18,517 nt of DNA from Candidatus Firestoneibacteriota bacterium (GCA_043822305.1 JBDRBU010000106.1:1-18517), one strand, 5' to 3'. Shown: positions 1 to 7,746, numbered from the stretch's first letter. Numbers and translations are program-made. The notes: a model not told the origin generated them from the sequence alone.

Positions 1-1
1 T

Positions 2-76
2 CCTGAGGAATTCAAAAAAGAATATGGATTGTTACAACAAGTAGAAAAAAACAAATCGGTACAAAAAGGAGAATAA
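2..76 (+). CDS. 3' end of a gene entering from the left edge (PEEFKKEYGLLQQVEKNKSVQKGE*); possibly the C-terminus of an IS3/IS481-type transposase
   Basis: Open frame from position 2 to TAA at 74-76, convergent on the ars operon. PEEF resembles the 'TP.EF' tail of integrase-core transposases. Only 24 codons are visible. Confidence 0.3.
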   Translation, partial: PEEFKKEYGLLQQVEKNKSVQKGE

Positions 77-122
77 AATCTGTGAAACATTATATTCTAT
101 TAGCATTTTTATTCAAAAAACC

Positions 123-1037
123 TTATGGCAAAATTTCAAAATATATAATAATAAGTTTGACTTTCATCACATTTTTTAGTATTAAGAACTCGGGAAGCGA
201 AAGAGCAGTAACCGCCATCATAAAAGCCAGTGCCGTCCCCATCTGAACGCCTTTTTCCGTAAGTGCGCTCACAAGTGGCATTACTCCCGCTGCATTCGAA
301 TAAAGCGGCACTCCAATAAGTGCGGCGATAGGTACTGCAAAAATATTGCCTCTGCCTGCAACTTTAGCGATAAACTCTGCAGGGACATAGCCATGTATCC
401 ATGCACCAAGGCCTATCCCTATCATTACAAAAAGCCAGACCTTCTTTAAGATATCCAATGTATATCCTCTTGCATAAAGAATTCTGCTTTTAAAATCAGG
501 ATTCTCTACAGGACCCGAGCAATAATTGTTTTTAACATTTTTAAGTACAAAGTCTGCCAGAAGATTTTCTACTTTAAGCATGCCTATTACAATACCAGAA
601 ATAATAGCAATAATCAGGCCGCTGCCAATATATAACAGTGATATCTTCCAGCCAAAAAGCCCCCAGAGCATTACAAGCGCAACTTCATTAATCATAGGAG
701 ATGCCACAAGAAAAGTAAAGGTAACACCTAAAGGAATGCCTGCCTCAACAAAACCCAGAAAAAGAGGCACTGCACTACAGGAACAAAAAGGCGTAACTAT
801 ACCAAGCAAGGAAACAATTATATTACCGGTGTATTTCTTTTTACCGCCAAGTATCTGCCTTGTTTTTTCTGGTGGGAAGTAAGTCCTAATAAAAGAAACG
901 ATAAAAATGATCACAATAAGAAGAAGGAATATTTTAATAGTATCGTAAATAAAGAAATTTAACGCTTCCCCGATAAGCGATCCCGCTTTTAGTTTCAATA
1001 CTATATATACGAACCAATATGCGAAAGCATTCAACAA
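123..1037 (-). CDS. arsP: ArsP/DUF318-family permease, C-terminus possibly clipped
   Basis: Motifs TPFCSCSAVP, FLVASPMINE, GVPLYSN and ALSLPE; multiple TM helices; AGGAG RBS at 1049-1045 before TTG; ars operon context. Confidence 0.8.
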   Translation of the reverse strand: MLNAFAYWFVYIVLKLKAGSLIGEALNFFIYDTIKIFLLLIVIIFIVSFIRTYFPPEKTRQILGGKKKYTGNIIVSLLGIVTPFCSCSAVPLFLGFVEAGIPLGVTFTFLVASPMINEVALVMLWGLFGWKISLLYIGSGLIIAIISGIVIGMLKVENLLADFVLKNVKNNYCSGPVENPDFKSRILYARGYTLDILKKVWLFVMIGIGLGAWIHGYVPAEFIAKVAGRGNIFAVPIAALIGVPLYSNAAGVMPLVSALTEKGVQMGTALAFMMAVTALSLPEFLILKNVMKVKLIIIYFEILP

Positions 1038-1051
1038 AGTATCTCTCCTTT

Positions 1052-1273
1052 TTATTTATTTGTTTTTTTCCTGATCTTAACGAGAAGCACCTTTACATTT
1101 TTCTATCTCATCACTTACTTTCCTGAAAAACTCTATCGGCTGATTTTTAGGATCTGGTACATGCCACTCAATAAACTCCGCTGCCGGGTAAATAGGGCAA
1201 ACTCACCACAACCCATTCCAACCATATAATCAACCTGCTTGAATGGCAGGTCATTAGAACCTTTTGAAACATT
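1052..1273 (-). pseudogene. arsC: arsenate reductase (LMW-PTP type ArsC) C-terminal remnant with two frameshifts; N-terminal active-site loop missing
   Basis: Stitching three frames gives [22 protein letters not shown] / [34 protein letters not shown] / VKVLLVKIRKKTNK* (TAA 1054-1052). This matches the ArsC 'MGCGDxCP...W.ipDP...FR.vRDeI' pattern. Confidence 0.8.
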
Positions 1274-1791
1274 TAGAGTCGTTGTTTTAGAATAATCAGC
1301 ACCTACTCTCTTTCCCATAAAGAAACTTACTAAGAACATCACTACAAAGTATATAAGCAGTGGAACAGCTATTCGAAGGACATCCCCAGGTATCTTTATT
1401 ATCAGATTACCTTTAACACGATACAACGCGCCAAACCGATCAATATCAGCCCTGCCATATATTCCGGATAACATCTTAAAAATACTATTGCAAGAAGGAA
1501 CATCAAAACCGGACCTATCACCCAATTTTGCAGTAGAGAAAGACCTATCACCTTTTTATTTTTAAATACGTCCCCCATCTCCTCATATTTTACTTTGGCA
1601 AAAGGCGGATACATCATCAGGATTAGGCCTATCGCTATCGGAATATTTGTGGTCCCTACTGAAAAATTGTTTACGAATCTTTCAACACCAGAAATAAAGT
1701 AACCAGATAGGACACCTACAGCCATAGCAAGAAATATCCATAGGGTTAAATACCTGTCAAGAAAAGAAAGTTTCTTTGATATACCATCCAT
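1274..1791 (-). pseudogene. acr3: Acr3-family arsenite efflux transporter, internally deleted, frameshifted and 3'-truncated
   Basis: N-terminal [32 protein letters not shown] and GLARCI. At about 1416-1420 it jumps to a different frame encoding a later Acr3 segment, [27 protein letters not shown]...[10 protein letters not shown]. The SNNFELAIA/GPLVEVP region is absent. Confidence 0.88.
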
Positions 1792-1796
1792 TACTT

Positions 1797-2120
1797 CTAT
1801 CCTTTAATCAGTTTTATCCTTTTTCCCAGATTATGTTTGATTATTTCTTCAGCACATGAAAGAAAATTTAAAGCACATGGAATTTCAAGTTTATATATTA
1901 TTTTTTTTCCGTCTTTTCTAAAGCTTAATATTCCTGATCTATGTAGTATTGATAAATGCTTTGAAATACCTGTTCTTTCTGATTTTAGTGTTTGAACTAT
2001 TTCACAAACACACTTTTCGCCTTTGCTTAAAAAATCAACTATTTTTAACCTTACAGGATGCCCTAATGCTTGCAATATTTCCGCCTTTAACCTAAATATT
2101 TCATTTGTTTTTTCTGACAT
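1797..2120 (-). CDS. arsR: ArsR/SmtB-family transcriptional repressor
   Basis: [18 protein letters not shown] metal-binding motif, [20 protein letters not shown] wing; GAGGTG RBS; first gene of the ars operon. Confidence 0.9.
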   Translation of the reverse strand: MSEKTNEIFRLKAEILQALGHPVRLKIVDFLSKGEKCVCEIVQTLKSERTGISKHLSILHRSGILSFRKDGKKIIYKLEIPCALNFLSCAEEIIKHNLGKRIKLIKG

Positions 2121-2133
2121 ATTATCACCTCTT

Positions 2134-2170
2134 ATGTGAATATTATATCACATGTTCACTTGTTTGTCAA
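2134..2170 (-). promoter_or_regulatory. consensus sigma70 promoter of the ars operon with an overlapping inverted repeat (likely ArsR operator)
   Basis: Minus strand TTGACA (2170-2165), 17-nt spacer, TATAAT (2147-2142). Inverted repeat ATGTGA-N8-TCACAT (2134-2153) straddles the -10. Confidence 0.85.
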
Positions 2171-2274
2171 GATTTTTAAGATTTTTAAGTGCTAATTTAT
2201 GAATAATGCGGATCTATTGGGATATTGTGCAGTACAAAGGGTACCCGCATTGAGATGGATTCACTCTCTACGAC

Positions 2275-2313
2275 AGAAGCACCATCTCAAAAACTTCTTA
2301 AGATGGTGCTTCT
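2275..2313. repeat. perfect 13-bp inverted repeat (hairpin or collapsed pair of IS/MITE-like ends)
   Basis: AGAAGCACCATCT (2275-2287) pairs with AGATGGTGCTTCT (2301-2313); 13-nt loop; no clear U-tract on either strand. Confidence 0.6.
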
Positions 2314-2343
2314 TAATATAAAAAATTTGTCGTAAATAAGGTT

Positions 2344-2455
2344 TGTCATGCCCGAGTGTATTAATCGGGCATCCAGAGTCTTGTTTTATCAGTGTTTTTA
2401 AGACACTGGATTCCCTATCCCCGTTTTCACGATGACAAGTTCCGCGGGAATGACA
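2344..2455. repeat. bipartite palindromic repeat element of the GTCATxCCCG...CGGGxATCCAG type with a nested smaller repeat
   Basis: Left unit GTCATGCCCGA-N9-TCGGGCATCCAG (2345-2376). Inverted right unit CTGGATTCCC...CGCGGGAATGAC (2406-2454) is interrupted by a ~24-bp insert at 2416-2439. Confidence 0.7.
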
Positions 2456-2535
2456 CAAAAACCAACTATTTCAACAGCCTGAATGTCAAAAGATATGAAC
2501 AGATAGACTTGTAGCCAGGACGGGACTATCATTAA

Positions 2536-2712
2536 TTATTTTTTGATGTTGTATTTTTTAAAAATAATTTTTTCTGCCTCAAGCCAATCATGCAAGTCAC
2601 TGCCATGCTTGCCACCTTTTTTTACGAAAAGTTCATGTGCTTTTTCTCTTATTTCCTTTTCCACCTGCTCTTCATTTATTTTTTCAGTTTTCTTTTTGTC
2701 AATATTTAACAT
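2536..2712 (-). CDS. DUF2934-domain small protein, 58 aa (absent from the ORF track)
   Basis: Translates as MLNIDKKKTEKINEEQVEKEIREKAHELFVKKGGKHGSDLHDWLEAEKIIFKKYNIKK*, matching the DUF2934 pattern I..rAY.l...rG...G.d..DWl.AE. Strong AAGGAGG RBS upstream. Confidence 0.85.
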   Translation of the reverse strand: MLNIDKKKTEKINEEQVEKEIREKAHELFVKKGGKHGSDLHDWLEAEKIIFKKYNIKK

Positions 2713-2869
2713 ATAATTTGCCTCCTTTTATCGCTTCTATATAAAACTAACGGATGCGTTATAATCAGTTTCATATTAGAAAGTATTATCTTATCTGTCA
2801 TTTATTCCATGGACATTGTTTACTATCTTGTTTATTAAACCTGATGATTATCTAACTCAATATGATAAA

Positions 2870-4801
2870 TTAACTTACAATCTGTAAATCAATTTGTTTT
2901 TTGTCTAAATCAACCTTCATCACTTTTACTTTTACAGAATCACCCAATCTGTATCTTTTATTTTTACGTCTTCCAATAAATGTATATAATTTTTCATCGT
3001 AAATATAATAATCATCTACTAAATTACTTACATGAACTAATCCATCAATTTGTAAATCATCTATTTCAACAAATAATCCATAACTCTCTACTCCGCTTAT
3101 AATACCACTATATACCTTGCCCAGATTATTTCTGATCAATTGAATCTTTTTGATCTTTGTGATTTCTTCTTCAACTTTTTCTGCTAATCTTTCTGTTTCA
3201 GAACAATGCTTGGCTATCTTTGAAAGTGTTTTAGATTTAATTCGATTAAGTAAAATTCTATGTACAACCAAATCGGGATATCTCCTTATAGGTGATGTAA
3301 AATGTGTGTAATACTTTTTAGCCAGAGCAAAATGACATATGGGATTAGTTGAATAAATAGCTAATTTTAATGACCTTAAAGCCATTCGGTTTATAACACT
3401 CTCGTTAGATGTATCTTTACAACTTTTTAAAAGATTTTGCAAATCTTTAGAATGCAAATTTTTACTGATTTTAAAATTATAACCAAGTGCCTTAACAAAT
3501 TTACTAAAATTCACTATATCTTCATAATCAGGAACTTCATGAATCCTGTATATTGAAAGAGATTTACTTTTAAAAATATGCGTGGCTATAATTTCATTGG
3601 CCATAAGCATAAATTCTTCTATTATTCTCTGAGCCCAGTTACGAATTATTTTCACAACTCTAACAGGATAACCATCTTTATCCAAGACAACTTTTGTTTC
3701 TGGAAGATCAAAGTCTAAACTCCCATCTTTTACCCTTTTATTGTACAAAACCTTAGCCAGTTCGAACATCACATCTAATTCGAGTGTAACATCTTTATAC
3801 TGATTCCTTAATGTCTCATCTTTTTCTTCAACCATCTTGGCGACTAGATTGTATGTAAGTCTTCGTTTTGACCTTATGATACTTTTACATATCTTGTATG
3901 TCTTAACATGACCATCGTTATCTATATCCATTAAAACAGAAATAGTTAATCTATCTTCATTTGGTTTTAAACTACACATTTCATTTGATAGAACCTCTGG
4001 AAGCATAGGTATAACTTTATTTAAAAAATAAATACTATTACCTCTCTTTAATGCTTCTTCATCAATAGATGAATCTTCTTTTACATAATAACTTACATCA
4101 GCGATATGAACTCCTAATTTAAATTCGTTTTTCCCTATTTTACTTATTGAAACAGCATCATCAAAATCCTTGGCATCTTCACCATCTATAGTAAAAATAT
4201 TCTCTTCCCTGAAATCTTTTCTAAGACAAATTTCTTCTTCTAAAATAATTCCGTTTATTTTACCTGACTCTCTTATAACAGATTGAGGAAATTCTTCGGA
4301 AAGGTTATACTGCCTTATTAGTGCTTTTAAATCAACATCTGGAGCATTTTTATAACCTATTATTTCAATAATCTGACCTTCTGGATTATTTCCTTCCCTG
4401 GGCCATTCTGTTATTCTTACTACAACTTTTTGAGCATTCTTTGCGCCCATTGATAAACTTTTATGTATATAAATGTTATGCCATATTTTTTTATCATCAG
4501 GAATTACAAATCCAAAATGTTTACTTTCTTCAAATACACCAACTACATTTTCATTTGCTCTCTTTAAAATCCTTGTAATCTCTCCTTCTTTATTTTTACC
4601 CCTTAAAACTTTTACAATCCTGACAACTACCTTATCACCATGCATGGCTTCATTTATATTTGCGTTACTTATATAAACCTCATCATCGCTATCTTCCAAT
4701 TTCACAAAACCAAAACCTTTAGGATGACCTTGTAGTATTCCAACTGTTAAAGCCATTTCATATTTATCACCTTTAATTTTAATAATTTCTCCTTTTTTCA
4801 T
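2870..4801 (-). CDS. rnr: ribonuclease R (RNB family 3'-5' exoribonuclease)
   Basis: Cold-shock OB domains (HPKGFGFV, AMHGDKV), catalytic FTIDGEDAKDFDDA, YTHFTSPIRRYPDLVVHR, C-terminal S1 domain. Start moved to ATG 4801 because the track start at 4873 lies inside tRNA-Leu. Confidence 0.93.
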   Translation of the reverse strand: MKKGEIIKIKGDKYEMALTVGILQGHPKGFGFVKLEDSDDEVYISNANINEAMHGDKVVVRIVKVLRGKNKEGEITRILKRANENVVGVFEESKHFGFVIPDDKKIWHNIYIHKSLSMGAKNAQKVVVRITEWPREGNNPEGQIIEIIGYKNAPDVDLKALIRQYNLSEEFPQSVIRESGKINGIILEEEICLRKDFREENIFTIDGEDAKDFDDAVSISKIGKNEFKLGVHIADVSYYVKEDSSIDEEALKRGNSIYFLNKVIPMLPEVLSNEMCSLKPNEDRLTISVLMDIDNDGHVKTYKICKSIIRSKRRLTYNLVAKMVEEKDETLRNQYKDVTLELDVMFELAKVLYNKRVKDGSLDFDLPETKVVLDKDGYPVRVVKIIRNWAQRIIEEFMLMANEIIATHIFKSKSLSIYRIHEVPDYEDIVNFSKFVKALGYNFKISKNLHSKDLQNLLKSCKDTSNESVINRMALRSLKLAIYSTNPICHFALAKKYYTHFTSPIRRYPDLVVHRILLNRIKSKTLSKIAKHCSETERLAEKVEEEITKIKKIQLIRNNLGKVYSGIISGVESYGLFVEIDDLQIDGLVHVSNLVDDYYIYDEKLYTFIGRRKNKRYRLGDSVKVKVMKVDLDKKQIDLQIVS

Positions 4802-4841
4802 TTGTGCAATTCGTTCTTTTATTCGTGTAATTCGCTTTTTA

Positions 4842-4925
4842 TGCGGAAGGGGGGATTTGAACCCCCACTCCAATAAAGGAACTGGACCCTGAATCCAGCG
4901 CGTCTACCAGCTCCGCCACTTCCGC
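4842..4925 (-). tRNA. tRNA-Leu(CAG)
   Basis: Acceptor stem GCGGAAG/CTTCCGC plus A73, D-loop CTGGTAGAC, anticodon arm CTGGA-TTCAGGG-TCCAG, long variable arm, T-arm GGGGG-TTCAAAT-CCCCC. CCA is not encoded. Confidence 0.96.
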
Positions 4926-4967
4926 TTATTCTTTAGTAATTATTCAGTAAAAGTCATCTAATTTTTT

Positions 4968-4995
4968 AATATATTGAAAAATCTTTAGTAGTCAA
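4968..4995 (-). promoter_or_regulatory. putative sigma70 promoter for tRNA-Leu/rnr
   Basis: TTGACT (4995-4990), 16-nt spacer, TATATT (4973-4968). The AT-rich background lowers specificity. Confidence 0.45.
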
Positions 4996-5054
4996 AGGAA
5001 ATCATCAATATTAAAATAATATACTTTTTAATTTTATTATCTCATCCTTTTCAA

Positions 5055-5297
5055 TTATTTTAAATCCTTACTGCAATATCTACAAACTTTTGCTTCTTGC
5101 TTAATTATCTCAGCACAATAAGGACATTTTTTTAACTCTCCAGATTTCATTCTATTTTCATCAACTTTTTCCTGATTAGGTGGCAATAAAAAAGCAATCA
5201 AAACCCCAATCCAACCAAGCAGGAGTCCCAATACTTGACCATGGCCCTTTTGTCTACCTTTTCTTTTAAATATTTCTCCAGCCTTAAAAATTGGCAT
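5055..5297 (-). CDS. small membrane protein with C-terminal double zinc ribbon; probably N-terminally truncated
   Basis: TM segment VLGLLLGWIGVLIAFLL, then KKCPYCAEIIKQEAKVCRYC (two CxxC). The frame extends upstream as IVVLWI to a stop, with no obvious RBS. Confidence 0.7.
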   Translation of the reverse strand: MPIFKAGEIFKRKGRQKGHGQVLGLLLGWIGVLIAFLLPPNQEKVDENRMKSGELKKCPYCAEIIKQEAKVCRYCSKDLK

Positions 5298-5667
5298 TAT
5301 CCATAAAACAACAATTTATTATTTCATTTATAGTTTGTTGTGTTAAAGATTCTTTGTGTATTATTTGTTTTAATTCTAAAGAACGTTTTAGCAACTCAGC
5401 ACTATTAAATGCTTGAATATCAAAAAGTTTAATCCAGGTTTGTTTAGGAAATACTTTTTCTTTACCCCTTTCAATGACAAAGTAACCACTATTAGAATGG
5501 CAACTCAATGTCTGTGGCTTATTTTTAGATTGAGATGTAGTTAAAGCAAACAAAAATGGATCTTCTTTTTGAGGAGAATTAAGTAATATTAAAAACTTAT
5601 CTTGTGGTTGACCTCCATTTTTAAATGGAAAAGATTTATGCCAAATGACATCACCTTTTTGATACAT
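5284..5667 (-). CDS. putative toxin partner of the Panacea antitoxin, PemK/MazF-like
   Basis: N-terminal YQKGDVIW..FPFKNGG...KFLILL followed by LTTS resembles the PemK/MazF 'GDv..v.fPf.d....k.rp.lvl...plTs' pattern. Overlaps the 3' end of the antitoxin. ATG 5667 chosen over TTG 5670. Confidence 0.6.
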   Translation of the reverse strand: MYQKGDVIWHKSFPFKNGGQPQDKFLILLNSPQKEDPFLFALTTSQSKNKPQTLSCHSNSGYFVIERGKEKVFPKQTWIKLFDIQAFNSAELLKRSLELKQIIHKESLTQQTINEIINCCFMDNANF

Positions 5668-6232
5668 CAAAAAAAGTCCTAATTAATTTTCTATCTTCTT
5701 GTCTTTCTTGTATTTCTTCTATCGGTAATTTATTTTTAAAATATTCCTCTTTGAGTGATAAAATATAATCTATTTTTTGAAACATTCCCTTTGTTGTTTT
5801 TGTATAATCCCATGGACCTTCTGGGAAATGAGTTGCTTTCGTCATATCTTTGGCTCTCATATCTTTGTAAAAAAACGCTATTCGCTCCAATAGATCTAAT
5901 TCTCTTTGAGAAAAATATTTCTTATCAAACCTTACCTTATTCTTAATCTTTATTTCTCCGCCTAACCCACCATCTTCTTTGGGAATATAGACAATATACT
6001 TATCCAATTCTTTTTCACCATTCTTAATACATTTATAAACTTCTTCTGGAACTGGCCCATATTTATAAGTATAATATTCTTGACCAGTTACAGAAAACCT
6101 TGTTTGAACAAAATGTTCAAAATCTAAATAATAAAGTAATTTCATCAATTTTGTTAATCCACAATATTTAGTTTTTTTGACAAAATATATTATAGAATGA
6201 ATAATCTTTTCTTTTTGATGAGATATAATCAT
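5651..6232 (-). CDS. Panacea (DUF4065/SocA-like) antitoxin
   Basis: TKLMKLLYYLD, SVTGQEY...YGPVP and THFPEGPW are hallmark DUF4065 motifs; GAGGA RBS; first gene of a two-gene overlap. Confidence 0.88.
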   Translation of the reverse strand: MIISHQKEKIIHSIIYFVKKTKYCGLTKLMKLLYYLDFEHFVQTRFSVTGQEYYTYKYGPVPEEVYKCIKNGEKELDKYIVYIPKEDGGLGGEIKIKNKVRFDKKYFSQRELDLLERIAFFYKDMRAKDMTKATHFPEGPWDYTKTTKGMFQKIDYILSLKEEYFKNKLPIEEIQERQEDRKLIRTFFDVSKR

Positions 6233-6249
6233 TTTATCCTCTTTTGTAA

Positions 6250-6278
6250 AGTATATACAATTTTTACTTTATTGTCAA
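6250..6278 (-). promoter_or_regulatory. sigma70 promoter of the Panacea TA operon
   Basis: TTGACA (6278-6273), 17-nt spacer, TATACT (6255-6250). A TTGTA...TACAA inverted repeat (6243-6260) overlaps the -10. Confidence 0.75.
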
Positions 6279-6294
6279 TACTCATAATTACGAC

Positions 6295-7683
6295 TCAATA
6301 AGTACACACTTGATTTCTACCACTTTTTTTAGCGCGATACAATGCTTCATCGGCTCTTTTAATCAAATCTTGCGTTGTCTCAGCATCACGAGGAAAACCG
6401 GCTACACCAATACTAATAGTAATATTTATTTTCAGACTACCTATATCAAATAAGTGTTTTTCTGTAATAACTCGTATCCTGTCTGCATACATCTTTGCAC
6501 CTTCAAGTGATGTTTCTGTGGCTACAATAGCAAACTCTTCACCACCATACCTGGCTACTGAATCTGTGGCCCTACTTATCCCTCTAACTATTTCCACAAA
6601 CTCTACAAGTATCTTATCACCTGCTTGATGTCCGTATGTATCATTAACTTTCTTAAAATGATCTAAGTCTATCATCAGGAGGGAAATCCCTCCACCGTAT
6701 CTTTTTACTCTTTCAACCTCTTCTTCTAATCTAAATGTGAAATACCTTCTTAAATATGCCTTGGTTAAACCATCTGTAATAGATAATATATGTAAATAAG
6801 AACTTTCTAAGGCAACTGTGGCTATGTTTATTAAAGCAGACAAAAATTCTAAGTCACTATCCTGATAAGGTAAATATGCCTTTGAGGATCCTATGATTAA
6901 AATACCACTTAATCTTTCCTTAAACACTAAAGGCGCACAAATTTCACAGTTTAACTCTTCTAATTTTTTTATAGATTCTAGATCATTACAGTTTGTCTTA
7001 ATATTAGAAAATTTTTCCACTTTCTTGGATTTAATTAAATAATTACAAAAATTATCTTTAATATTAAAAGTAATATCTATCTTATTAGAATATCCTGTGG
7101 CTAAATTAAAATAAAGGGTTGTTTCTTCTTCATTAAGTAATAAAAATAAAATTGCCGAAGATGCATTAATATGTTCCTTGCTTGTATATAAAATAACACT
7201 TCCTATCCCTTCTATATCTAAACTAAAATTTAATTCTTTGGCCGAATTAAGTAATGTTGATATATCCCTTACTCTCCTTGTTAATTTAAACTGAGTTTCT
7301 TCCAAACCATCGACCATTTCATTAAAACTATCAGCAAGTTCTTTAATCTCATCATTACTTTTTAATAATACTCTATAATCTAATTTACCTTTGCCAAATA
7401 ATCCAACTGCTCTGGTTAATTCTTCCATAGGACGAACCATTAACTTAATTAAAATAAATGATATTAGAACAGTAATAAATGTTGCGACTATAGAGATTAA
7501 AAATATATCCTGGCTGATTTTTTTAACTGACTCTTCTGCTTCTTTTTTTGAAAAACCAATCTTTACTGCTTCTTCCAAGAAAACTTTAACATGATTAATG
7601 GTTAAAAAACTAACTAAGGCCATCATCATGGAAATTATAAGAAATACAAGAATAGATATTTTCGTTTTTATTGATATTTTCAT
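6295..7683 (-). CDS. membrane-anchored diguanylate cyclase (2 TM - HAMP - GAF - GGDEF)
   Basis: Two TM helices; HAMP (RPMEEL...DEIKELADSFNEM); GAF-like region; TDGLT, DLDHFKKVNDTYGHQAGD, RYGGEEF A-site; RATD I-site five residues upstream; ADEALYRAKKSGRN. Confidence 0.93.
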   Translation of the reverse strand: MKISIKTKISILVFLIISMMMALVSFLTINHVKVFLEEAVKIGFSKKEAEESVKKISQDIFLISIVATFITVLISFILIKLMVRPMEELTRAVGLFGKGKLDYRVLLKSNDEIKELADSFNEMVDGLEETQFKLTRRVRDISTLLNSAKELNFSLDIEGIGSVILYTSKEHINASSAILFLLLNEEETTLYFNLATGYSNKIDITFNIKDNFCNYLIKSKKVEKFSNIKTNCNDLESIKKLEELNCEICAPLVFKERLSGILIIGSSKAYLPYQDSDLEFLSALINIATVALESSYLHILSITDGLTKAYLRRYFTFRLEEEVERVKRYGGGISLLMIDLDHFKKVNDTYGHQAGDKILVEFVEIVRGISRATDSVARYGGEEFAIVATETSLEGAKMYADRIRVITEKHLFDIGSLKINITISIGVAGFPRDAETTQDLIKRADEALYRAKKSGRNQVCTY

Positions 7684-7686
7684 TTT

Positions 7687-7709
7687 AAATAGGGACAGAC
7701 ACTATATTT
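7687..7709. repeat. short GGGACAG-type palindromic element between the RBS and ATG of the DGC gene
   Basis: AAATAGGGACAGACACTATATTT with imperfect inverted arms. It separates AGGAG (7717-7713) from ATG (7683) by 29 nt. Confidence 0.45.
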
Positions 7710-7746
7710 TTACTCCTAAAAAACTTTCTTTTGTTTTTCTATTAAA

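Noticed and set aside
526..882. 118-aa plus-strand ORF
   Set aside because: Antisense shadow of arsP with no motif or RBS. The same applies to the plus-strand ORFs at 4473, 5755, 7391, 11150, 12197, 15499, 16588 and 16964.
1133..1525. 130-aa minus-strand ORF as a real gene
   Set aside because: It is a chimera of out-of-frame acr3, an in-frame acr3 fragment and an arsC fragment.
2134..2153. CRP site (TGTGA...TCACA), tempting given the cNMP proteins nearby
   Set aside because: The spacer is 8 nt rather than 6, it overlaps the arsR -10 as expected for an ArsR operator, and the cNMP proteins here have no HTH.
2261..2458. 65-aa minus-strand ORF
   Set aside because: It runs through palindromic repeats, which often leave open frames, and has no RBS or family resemblance.
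4802..4873. N-terminal extension of RNase R from the ORF track
   Set aside because: It overlaps tRNA-Leu. The extension of the GYD gene (8132-8209) into tRNA-His is rejected for the same reason.
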